A stretch of DNA of 64,000 nt from Macrostomum lignano (lineage: Eukaryota): contig NIVC01001545.1 in NCBI GenBank assembly GCA_002269645.1, forward strand, positions 1 to 64,000, read 5' to 3'. Below the pieces are notes generated by a model. The model was not told where the DNA came from and made no database searches. It saw nothing but the letters and a program-made list of their open reading frames with translations. This document shows positions 36,188 through 46,101 of this stretch, one piece after another. A program made the position numbers and the translations under genes. Position 1 is the stretch's first letter. Every line of letters begins with the position of its first letter.

Positions 36188-37063
36188 ATGCAACTGAAAA
36201 TTATAAATTGGTCCTCGATTATTTTGGTTGCCGTCTGCCTGGTCGGCTCGACTGTCTGCCTAGACAGCGCTGCCGCCGGCGTCATATCCGGGATCGAATT
36301 CGACTTGCTTCGACGTGCTTGTCCAGCCTCCGACATCGCGGCCGGAGTTGCCAGCTGGACGGCCCGGCAGAGCCACCTGATGCTGTGCCTCGGCCAGTGC
36401 GCCGCGACCGCCGACTCCACATCGGCGCCGGGATGCTCGGCCGCCATCTACCGCGACTCCGACGGTCTCTGCGGCCTGTTGAACTCGAGCCAGCTGGCCA
36501 GCCTGCTCGCTGCCAAGACTGCCGCCGAAGTGTCCTCCACGGGATGTCCTGGACGGCAGGTCTGGGTGGCCAGTGCCAAGCCTGAAAAGATGACAACTGT
36601 TGAAGCTACAACCACTGCGGTTGGTACTACAGAGTCGAGTACCACTGCAGTCAGCAGCACCACTGCAGTCAGGACCATCACTGCGCTATCTGGGGCCAGT
36701 AAGTCAGAGGTTGAGGCTCTGGCATGTTTGTCATCATATTGCTCACCAATCTATATAATTTATTCCATGCAATGCTTTGCAGCTTACATTGGATGCTATG
36801 CAGACAGCAGTTCGAAACTCGATTTGGACAAGGATTACAAAACCTCGGCTTTAATGTCCCGTCTCGTGTGCCTGAGCTACTGCCGATCTGGCAAGAAGTC
36901 GTACAAGTACTTCGGCTTGCAAAACAGCAAAGATTGCTACTGCGACCAGAACTATGGACGTCACGGATCTGTTCCCGAGACCGACTGCCGGCTCCCGTGT
37001 AGCGGCAATTCCGCCGAAATCTGCGGCGGTAGGTCGCAGAATTCGGTGTACAGCATCCCGTGA
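36188..37063 (+). CDS. Secreted protein: signal peptide, PAN/apple-like Cys domain, Thr-rich linker, WSC domain (~263 aa spliced)
   Basis: Hydrophobic N-terminus. WSC signature YIGCY..., CLSYC, YFGLQ..DCYC, DC.LPCSGN..EICGG. Likely 84-nt intron 36699-36782 (A|GTAAGT...TTTGCAG|CT). The PAN assignment rests on Cys spacing only. Confidence 0.85.
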   Translation: MQLKIINWSSIILVAVCLVGSTVCLDSAAAGVISGIEFDLLRRACPASDIAAGVASWTARQSHLMLCLGQCAATADSTSAPGCSAAIYRDSDGLCGLLNSSQLASLLAAKTAAEVSSTGCPGRQVWVASAKPEKMTTVEATTTAVGTTESSTTAVSSTTAVRTITALSGASKSEVEALACLSSYCSPIYIIYSMQCFAAYIGCYADSSSKLDLDKDYKTSALMSRLVCLSYCRSGKKSYKYFGLQNSKDCYCDQNYGRHGSVPETDCRLPCSGNSAEICGGRSQNSVYSIP

Positions 37064-37257
37064 TGTCGCGCAGTAAATCAATGTTTTTTCTGTGAAGCAA
37101 GGAAATCAAGAATCGAAAAAGATATCAAACATAAAACGACGAAATTTTTATTCGATAACTCTCTTTGCGTATAGAAACCTATTTGATCACTATCTACGTC
37201 TCTTCTTTATTTGTACTCGAAGATCTATCCTATTTATAACAAATGCACAAATTCAAA

Positions 37258-37530
37258 GTGGGTCGTAGCCTAGTGGTTAGAGTATCGGACTCACGACTTG
37301 AAGGTAAAATTTGTGTTTTTGAGCAAGACAAGATACGAGCATTGCTTCAGTTCACCCAGCTGTAAAATGGGTTGCCAGCATTAGCTGGGGTAATTGAAGG
37401 TGTGTGGCGACCCCCCAGTCCTTGGACTGAACAGCCGTACGCAGCCTTCAGATGCTCCGCGCAAATTGCTGCGGCTGAGCTGTCGGTAGCAAATCTGCCC
37501 ATTGGGGCAGGTGTAATCAAATAAATTATT
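37258..37530 (+). mobile_element. tRNA-derived SINE, copy 4
   Basis: A box TAGCCTAGTGG at ~37267, the body CATTGCTTCAGTTCACCCAGCTGTAAAATGGGT, and a 3' region shared with copy 1. Confidence 0.8.
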
Positions 37531-38159
37531 AATATTCTTTTACATTCTCATTGAAGAATCGGACCTGTCGAGGGACATTGGGATGGTCAGTTGACCCCCT
37601 TGACTCCCCTGTGTAGCTGGCATAACGGACTGTTAAGATGGATGTCTGGATAAATTATTTGAAAAATAAAACTGCCTCAGTTAGTGTTGAACAACTTTAT
37701 TTTGCGTAAAACAAAACACACTTAGTCAAGTTTTTGTGTCACTCAAATGTATCTTCAGCAGAGAAGGCAATTCTCTCTTCAAGCAAATCTCCATAGAAAC
37801 GGCAGATCAACATGCATGTAAAGTTTTTTTTAATTTCCGTTTGTTATACAAAGATTTATTATCTGAAACATTTTACCGCAAAGTTTGTTTAACATTTAAT
37901 TTCCCTGGTTCAACAGCATGTTTCAACCTCAGAAACTTCACGGCTATGGGAAAAAGGAAGTTTGCTGTAAAACAAGTTTGTTCAACACTCTTCCTTTGTT
38001 ATAATTTTTGGAAGCCTCTTTCCACAGAAATTGACAAGAGATTTATCGATTCTTTTATAGCAGCACTACAAGTTTTGAGACGGTGAGAAAGAAACTGCGA
38101 TTAAAAAACTTGCTTTTATCACTTAGTTGCTTTGATCAGCTGCATGTAAGCTGATTGAA

Positions 38160-38345
38160 GAGAGGGTGAAGCTGACTGAGGAGAGGGTGAAGCTGACTGA
38201 GGAGAGGGTGAAGCTGACTGAGGAGAGGGTGAAGCTGACTGAGGAGAGGGTGAAGCTGACTGAGGAGAGGGTGAAGCTGACTGAGGAGAGGGTGAAGCTG
38301 ACTGAGGAGAGGGTGAGGCTGACTGAGGAGAGGGTAAAGCTGACT
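38160..38345. repeat. 21-bp minisatellite (~8.5 copies)
   Basis: Unit GAGGAGAGGGTGAAGCTGACT. Confidence 0.95.
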
Positions 38346-38614
38346 TTAGAGGTGGGTATAGGTAGATGTACGTATTTACTCGTGAGCTTGTGTGTAATGT
38401 TGAATATGAAAAATTAAGAATAATTTTATTGGGTGGAGTCATTTGTTGTCTATGGAAGTTGAAAATAATATAGAATTAGCAAGCATATTTAAATCAAAAA
38501 GTCAACCAGAGTAAAGAGCCACAGTGCAGTTGCACTTCAGGTAATCACACATAAGCGCTGATATACATGATTTTTGCTTTATGTTCTTCGTAACTGACTG
38601 CGTCAAAGCAGACC

Positions 38615-41600
38615 ATGACGGAATCCTTCCAAGAAGTGTTTGTTTTGTTTGTCGTAATATTAGCGGGTTTTGGTATCAACATATCAGGTAAATTGTGTTT
38701 GAGTTGCGTATACACTGACCGAAGTTACTGACTGAAGTTGCCGAGTGTTGACGGCACTACAACAGCCAACCCTTCCGCACAGCTCTGACGCACTCAGCAG
38801 TTTCTGGCGACGGCTTTGTGGTGATCAACGACGAGCAAGACTTTCTCGTCAAAATAGGCCGAGCAAGTGTCGACTGCGACTATGGGGTTCGCGACCCGTA
38901 CGAAGTCTGGGCGCGAGCCGTTGACATTGTGATGTGTCCGAAGACGTCTAGGTGCGCCGAGTTAGAAGGGCCATCAGTTTTTGGCGATGGTAGATACGTG
39001 GTGAGTGGCGGTGTGGAGTGGGCTAGGTAATGCTTAGATAATGAGTCGCGAATGTACAGATCAGAGGTGATGCTCTCTGATGTACAGCTCAAAATTATTG
39101 AGATCAGAGGTGATGCTCCGAAGGACAGGTTAGGGTTTGGAGATCAGAGATGATGCTCTGAAGGACAGGTTAGGGTCTGGAGATCAGAGATGATGCTCCG
39201 AAGGACAGGTTAGGGTCTGGAGATCAGAGATGATGCTCCGAAGGACAGGTTAGTGGTCTGGAGATCGAAGATGATGCTCCGAAGGACAGGTTAGGGGTCT
39301 GAAGATCGAAGATGATGCTCCGAAGGACAGTTTAGGGGTCTGGAGATCAGAGATGATGCTCTGAAGGACAGGTTAGGGTCTGGAGATCAGAGATGATGCT
39401 CCGAATGACAGGTTAGGGGTCTGGAGATCAGAGATGATGCTCCGAAGGACAGGTTAGGGTCTGGAGATCAGAGATGATGCTCCAAATGACAGGTTAGGGT
39501 CTAGAGATCAGAGATGATGCTCTGAAGGACAGGTTAGGGTCTAGAGATCAGAGATGATGCTCTGAAGGACAGGTTAGGATCTAGAGATCAGAGATGATGC
39601 TCTGAAGTACAGGTTAGGGTCTAGAGATCAGAGATGATGCTCTGAAGGACAGGTTAGGGTCTAGAGATCAGAGATGATGCTCTGAAGGACAGGTTAGGGG
39701 TCTGGAGATCAGAGATGATGCTCTGAAGGACAGGTTAGGGTCTGGAGATCAGAGATGATGCTCCGAATGACAGGTTAGGGGTCTGGAGATCAGAGATGAT
39801 GCTCTGGAGGACAGGTTAGGGTCTGGAGATCAGAGATGATGCTCCGAATGACAGGTTAGGGGTCTGGAGATCAGCGATGATGCTCTGAAGGACAGGTTAG
39901 GGGTCTGGAGATCAGAGATGATGCTCCGAATGACAGGTTAGGGGTCTGGAGATCAGCGATGATGCTCTGAAGGACAGGTTAGGGGTCTGGAGATCAGAGA
40001 TGATGCTCCGAATAACAAGTTAGGGTCTGGAGATCAGCGATGATGCTCTGAAGGACAGGTTAGGGGTCTAGAGATCAGAGATGATGCTCTGAAGGACAGG
40101 TTAGGGTCTGGAGATCAGAGATGATGCTCTGAAGGACAGGTTAGGGTCTGGAGATCAGCGATGATGCTCCGAAGGACAGGTTAGGGTCTGGAGATCAGAG
40201 ATGATGCTCCGAAGGACAGGTTAGGGGTCTGGAGATCAGAGATGATGCTCCGAAGGACAGGTTAGGGGTCTGGAGATCAGAGATGATGCTCTGAAGGACA
40301 GGTTAGGGTCTGGAGATCAGAGATGATGCTCCGAAGGACAGGTTAGGGTCTGGAGATCAGAGATGATGCTCTGAAGGACAGGTTAGGGGTCTGGAGATCA
40401 GAGATGATGCTCTGAAGGACAGGTTAGGGTCTGGAGATCAGAGATGATGCTCTGAAGGACAGGTTAGGGTCTAGAGATCAGAGATGATGCTCTGAAGGAC
40501 AGGTTAGGGTCTAGAGATCAGAGATGATGCTCCGAAGGACAGGTTAGGGGTCTGGAGATCAGAGATGATGCTTTGAATGACAGGTTAGGGGTCTGGAGAT
40601 CAGAGATGATGCTTTGAATGACAGGTTAGGGGTCTGGAGATCAGAGATGATGCTCCGAAGGACAGGTTAGGGGTCTGGAGATCAGAGATGATGCTTTGAA
40701 GGACAGGTTAGGGGTCTGGAGATCAGAGATGATGCTCTGAATGACAGGTTAGGGGTCTGGAGATCAGAGATGATGCTCTGAAGGACAGGTTAGGGTCTGG
40801 AGATCAGAGATGATGCTCCGAAGGACAGGTTAGGGTCTGGAGATCAGAGATGATGCTTTGAATGACAGGTTAGGGGTCTGGAGATCAGAGATGATGCTTT
40901 GAATGACAGGTTAGGGGTCTGGAGATCAGAGATGATGCTCCGAAGGACAGGTTAGGGTCTGGAGATCAGAGATGATGCTCTGAAGGACAGGTTAGGGTCT
41001 GGAGATCAGAGATGATGCTCTGAAGGACAGGTTAGGGTCTGGAGATCAGAGATGATGCTCCGAAGGACAGGTTAGGGTCTGGAGATCAGAGATGATGCTC
41101 CGAAGGACAGGTTAGGGTCTGGAGATCAGAGATGATGCTCCGAAGGACAGGTTAGGGTCTGGAGATCAGAGATGATGCTCTGAAGGACAGGTTAGGGTCT
41201 GGAGATCAGAGATGATGCTCCGAAGGACAGGTTAGGGGTCTGGAGATCAGAGATGATGCTCTAAAGGACAGCTCAAAAGTTTGGAGATTAGCCGTCGCAA
41301 AATAATGTCTGATATTGTCTGCTTTAGAGGAATTTAAGCTAAGGAAGGGGCGCCGAAAGATGAAGAAAATGAAAAGACAATTTAGGTGTTGTTGATACTT
41401 TTTGAAAAATCGAAACAGTTATAAAACTAATGGAACCTATTTTGCCTATGACGAGTTAAAATGTTTCTTTAAAAATCTTTTCCTGCAGAGCTACAAGGCC
41501 GGCTGCGAGGATATTTGTCCTAAACAGCTTCCACCGGGCTACAAATGCCGGCTGTGCCATGCGAGCTTTTGCAATCTGAAGCTGCAGGGTGAGATAGTGA

Positions 41601-42563
41601 ATAATACGCTGCGGTGTCTCAGCAACCTCGTGCAGCCCTATCGGATGGAGAGCGCCGTGGCGTACTTCTGCAGTCGAGGTGTGCAGTACTGCTACCTGAG
41701 ACTGGCGGCCACCGTAGGTTGGATGGATGGATGGATGGATGGATGGATGGATGGATGGATGGATGGATGGATGGATGGATGGATGGATGGATGGATGGAT
41801 GGATGGATGGATGGATGGATGGATGGATGGATGGATGGATGGATAGATGGATGGTTGGATGGATGGGTAGATGGATGGATGGATGGATAGATGGATTGGA
41901 TGGATGAATGGATGGATGGATGGATGGATGGATGGATAGATGGATCGATGGATGGATGGATGGATAGATGGATGGATAGATGGATGGATGGATGGATGGA
42001 TGGATGGATAGATGGATGGATGGATGGATGGATGGATGGATGGATGGATGGATGGATGGATAGATGGATGGTTGGATGGATGGGTAGATGGATGGATGGA
42101 TGGATAGATGGATTGGATGGATGAATGGATGGATGGATGGATGGATGGATAGATAGATGGATGGATGGATGGATGGATGGATGGATGGATGGATGGATAG
42201 ATGGATCGATGGATGGATGGATGGATAGATGGATGGATAGATGGATGGATGGATGGATGGATGGATGGATAGATGGATGGATGGATGGATGGATGGATGG
42301 ATGGATGGATGGATGGATGGATGGATAGATAGATGGTTGGATGGATGGGTAGATGGATGGATGGATGGATGGATGGATGGATGGATGGATGGATGGATGG
42401 ATGGATGGATGGATGGATGGATGGATGGATGGATGGATGGATGGATGGATGGATGGATGGATGGATGGATGGATGGATGGATGGATGGATGGATGGATGG
42501 ATGGATGGATGGATGGATGGATGGATGGATGGATGGATGGATGGATGGATGGATGGATGGATA

Positions 42564-42594
<31 letters not shown>

Positions 42595-43508
42595 AGATGG
42601 ATGGATGGATGGATGGATGGATGGATGGATGGATGGATGGATAGATAGATGGATGGTTGGATGGATGGGTAGATGGATGGATGGATGGATAGATGGATTG
42701 GATGGATGAATGGATGGATGGATGGATGGCTAGATGGATGGATGGATGGATGGATGGATGGATGGATGGATGGATGGGTAGATGGATGGATGGATGGCTA
42801 GATGGATGGATGGATGGATGGATGGATGGATGGATGGATGGATGGATGGATGGATGGATGGATGGATGGATGGATGGATGGATGGATGGATGGATGGATG
42901 GATGGATGGATGGATGGATGGATGGATGGATGGATGGATGGATGGATGGATGGATAGATGAATGGATGGATGGATGGATCAATCGCGAGTTGAAAGTCAT
43001 TGTCAAAGTCTACTAGTAAAAATCGATTAATTGATTGATTGATACTCGAATTGTGTGCACTTATCGAGCCTAAGAATTAGCTCTCACACCGCGCACCAAC
43101 TTGCAGAAGGACCGAATACTTGGCGGCTGTTACCAGAGCAGCGAAAAGAAACGGCTGTGCGACGGTCCGGACGGAACCGGTGCCTGCGAGTTCTGCTCTA
43201 CGAACGAGTGCAACAAGCCGTCCGGTCGAATTCTGCGCGAACTACAGGCTCACCAGGCTGCAGGCAGGGGCCATGGCCCGTCTGCAGGCTCAAATGCGGG
43301 TCCAGCAAATCATGCAGCTGGTTCCACCGGTTTCCAGCCGATCCCTCAAGAACCAACAAAGCCGCCAGACCCCATTGACTTTACGCTGTACATGGATCCA
43401 GATCTGAGCTTTGCCCCAGAAGAAGTAACTCAGGCGGCTGTAGCCACTGGCGGATCGCCTCGAAGCGTTCTGGTTGTTGCTGCAATCTTGTTAAGTCGGT
43501 GCCTCTGA
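38615..43508 (+). CDS. Cell-surface Cys-rich protein with two Ly6/uPAR (three-finger)-like domains and a probable GPI signal (~305 aa)
   Basis: Exons 38615-38687, 38783-39000, 41489-41713 and 43107-43508 with phases 1, 0, 0 and a continuous frame. Signal peptide [20 protein letters not shown]. Two domains end in C..C....CN ([10 protein letters not shown]; [10 protein letters not shown]). C-terminus is [21 protein letters not shown]. Confidence 0.75.
39058..41275. repeat. 40/41-bp tandem satellite (~54 copies) filling intron 2 of the Ly6-like gene
   Basis: Unit GGAGATCAGAGATGATGCTC[C/T]GAAGGACAGGTTAGGG(G)TCT. One TTAGGG per unit. Confidence 0.98.
41719..42978. repeat. (GGAT)n microsatellite filling intron 3 of the Ly6-like gene
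   Basis: About 1.26 kb of GGAT with GGTT/AGAT/GAAT variants, starting about 5 nt after the donor. Confidence 0.99.
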
Positions 43509-44221
43509 TCTGATCGCGCTATATATGAACCGCTACATCACTAGGCTTGAACTACACAGTACACTTGCTTAGTATACATGTAAATCTCGTGAAAAAGGGC
43601 TAAAAATGCATTCATAAAAACATGCATGTACAGTGGCAGAAGATTGGCGTCTTGACGGCCTCTCTAGTCTAGACTATATTTATAAGCATTTAGCTTACCT
43701 CGAGGTTATTTATTATTCTGGCAATTCAACCTAAAATGCTTATGTTGCGCACGCGTACCTTGATATACATTCAGCAAGCCAAAACTTTGAGAATAGCTAC
43801 TCAAAAGTAATTGCTAAAGTATGTGTACTCCAAGAATTGTTTTTAGGCTTGCGGGGAAACTTTTTTGAATCACATCCCTAAACCGGTATACAAAGGGTAC
43901 ATGTATACGGTATACTGTGATGTATTGTATACGTTATAAAATTTACATGTGGAAGTGTTGATCAAGTCTGAATCAACAGACACACAAAAACGTAAAATAG
44001 TAATTTTTATTTAAGATTCTGTGTCTGCAAACGACTGACATGCATGTTTGGAGAAAAAATATCATGCAATATATACATATACTTTGCATTCATGACAAGA
44101 GAATTTCCTTGGGACAATATATTCATTATGTAGATTCATGATACATGTAATAATAATAAATAATAATAATATAATATAATATATTATTGATTATGCCTGC
44201 CCATGGGGAAGTTGTTAAACC

Positions 44222-44485
44222 CCGATGGCTGTTCAGTCCAAGGACTGGGGGGTCGCCACACACACCCTCAATTACCCGAGCTAGCTAATGTCAAGTATGC
44301 TGGGTACCCATTTTAGAGCAGCTGGTGAACAACTGAAGCAAGAATGCAGACTTTAAGTGTCTTGGTCAAGGACACGAATTGTTCCAGTGGGGATCCTGAA
44401 TCGGACCAAGGACCACTGTACAGTGGTTCTTGAATCGGACCCCGACCTTCTAAGTCATGAGTTCGACGCTCTAACCACTAGTAAA
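44222..44485 (-). mobile_element. tRNA-derived SINE, copy 5
   Basis: GGCTGTTCAGTCCAAGGACTGGGGGGTCGCCACACACACCCTCAATTACC and GGTACCCATTTTA match the other copies. tRNA-like head at ~44440-44480. Confidence 0.75.
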
Positions 44486-44831
44486 GATACAACCCAATAC
44501 CTAGGGGGCGCGCTTTCATGCACACATAATTAGCTTGAATTTGTCTTATAAGTCTAAATTAAGGTGCACAGATATTATGAACCGATCGTATTACCTGTAC
44601 TAAAGCTTAAATTGAAAAGTCGGCAGCGTTTACAGTGTTTTTTTGATCAATACTGTACACTTCAACATAACATGTTTGTTATAGTACAAAGGCTTTTTAA
44701 CAGAAAATGCGTGTGAACTGCACGAATGAACTCGAATTTAACATTTTTGGCGGCCCCGAGTAGTCACGCGCGACATTAGGCTTTCTTCGAAACTACCTCA
44801 TTTAGAGACTGTCATTGTATAACATTGTATA

Positions 44832-45662
44832 ATGTCACAAAAAGGCAAACGAAAGAACAACGTTGGAGAACAAGAAGCATCCCCAACAGGCATCTCCCTT
44901 CCACCGAACGCAAAATCAAGGCGAGAGACTGTTGATGGCAGCTGCCTAGCCTGTAACGACGAAGTGCACGAAGGCATTCAATGCGAAAGCTGTCACCGCT
45001 GGTGCCACCAGTCCTGCTCCGGCCTAGCAAAGCCAATTTTCACCGCCATCGCAAATGGCCCTAGCGACAATGGACTCATATGGACTTGCCGAGATTGCAA
45101 GACCCATGCCCGCGCGCTTCTTAACAGCGTGGAGCTGCTTAAAGACATCAAAGTCAAGCTGACGGCCCTCGAAGAACGCATAGAAGAGCTAGAGTCGATT
45201 GAGAGTGGGAAGCAAACTGTCACCTACGACATCAGCTTTGATGAAATCGTGGAGGAAGTCAGGCAGCGCGGTATAAAGAAGAACAACATCATAGTTTTTG
45301 GACTCCAAGAAGACGCTAAACTCGAGGACTTTATGCAGGATGGGCTCAAAGTGTCCCCTGCAACTGTCCCAATTGTCGCCACCAGGCGGATCGGTCGCGA
45401 GCAGCCTCTCAGCAATCGACCAAGGCCCCTCGTTGTTCGGCTGGTCAACGATAGCGACAAAGCGGCCTTCTTCGGTAATCTGAGGAACCTGCGCGAAACT
45501 GGCTCTGCCTACTCCCGTATTCGTATCGAGAACGACTTAACAGAAAAGGAACGGGCATATAAGCAGAAGATTGTCAAAGAGCTTAAGACTCGTCAAGAAA
45601 ATGGTGAGAAAAACATCCGAATTGGCTACAAGAGGGGAGTTCCCTTCATTAAAACCTACTGA
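44832..45662 (+). CDS. LINE ORF1p: PHD finger, coiled coil, RRM-like domain
   Basis: CLAC..IQCESCHRWCHQSC..WTCRDC is a C4HC3 PHD. NNIIVFGLQE and RPRPLVVRL..RIENDLTEKER are typical ORF1 motifs. Confidence 0.88.
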   Translation: MSQKGKRKNNVGEQEASPTGISLPPNAKSRRETVDGSCLACNDEVHEGIQCESCHRWCHQSCSGLAKPIFTAIANGPSDNGLIWTCRDCKTHARALLNSVELLKDIKVKLTALEERIEELESIESGKQTVTYDISFDEIVEEVRQRGIKKNNIIVFGLQEDAKLEDFMQDGLKVSPATVPIVATRRIGREQPLSNRPRPLVVRLVNDSDKAAFFGNLRNLRETGSAYSRIRIENDLTEKERAYKQKIVKELKTRQENGEKNIRIGYKRGVPFIKTY

Positions 45663-46101
45663 ACTTCCTCTGTAAACTGTGACTTAAATACCCCAACAGT
45701 TAATGGTCAAAATAGTCAAAATATTATCAAAGCAAATGAAAAGCGGATACAATACACTAGAGAGTACCTCATTTCTATTAGAAATAACAATGCTCAAAAG
45801 ATCAAAAAAATTCCTTACAATATCAAATCAAAACTACTTGAATTCAATATTATCCAAAAAATAGATGAAGAAAAATTTACTATTAGCAGCTGGAATATCA
45901 ATGGTCTTTACACAATAAAAGACTCTGTGATGATTCCTAAACTTGAACTACTGGAAACTGAATCAATCTTTAAGAATAATATTCTCTTGACTTACTTGAC
46001 TTAACTGCAGGGGGCGTCCGGCGGATGCAGCGAGGAGGCGGAGGAGACCGCCCATTCCGCTAGCCCCTGGCGACCAACGACTTCCGTTGAAGTGGTGTCG
46101 C

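Noticed and set aside
38119-38442. KLTEERV heptad (coiled-coil-like) and SPSPQSA (CTD-like) ORFs
   Set aside because: Both come from one 21-bp minisatellite, with no splice context or flanking domain.
39100-41270. Box C/D snoRNA array (ATGATG...CTGA in each unit)
   Set aside because: The C- and D-like boxes are only a few nucleotides apart, with no guide region or terminal stem.
41456-43016. DGWM/IHPS repeat proteins
   Set aside because: These are (GGAT)n microsatellite translations inside an intron bounded by GT-AG.
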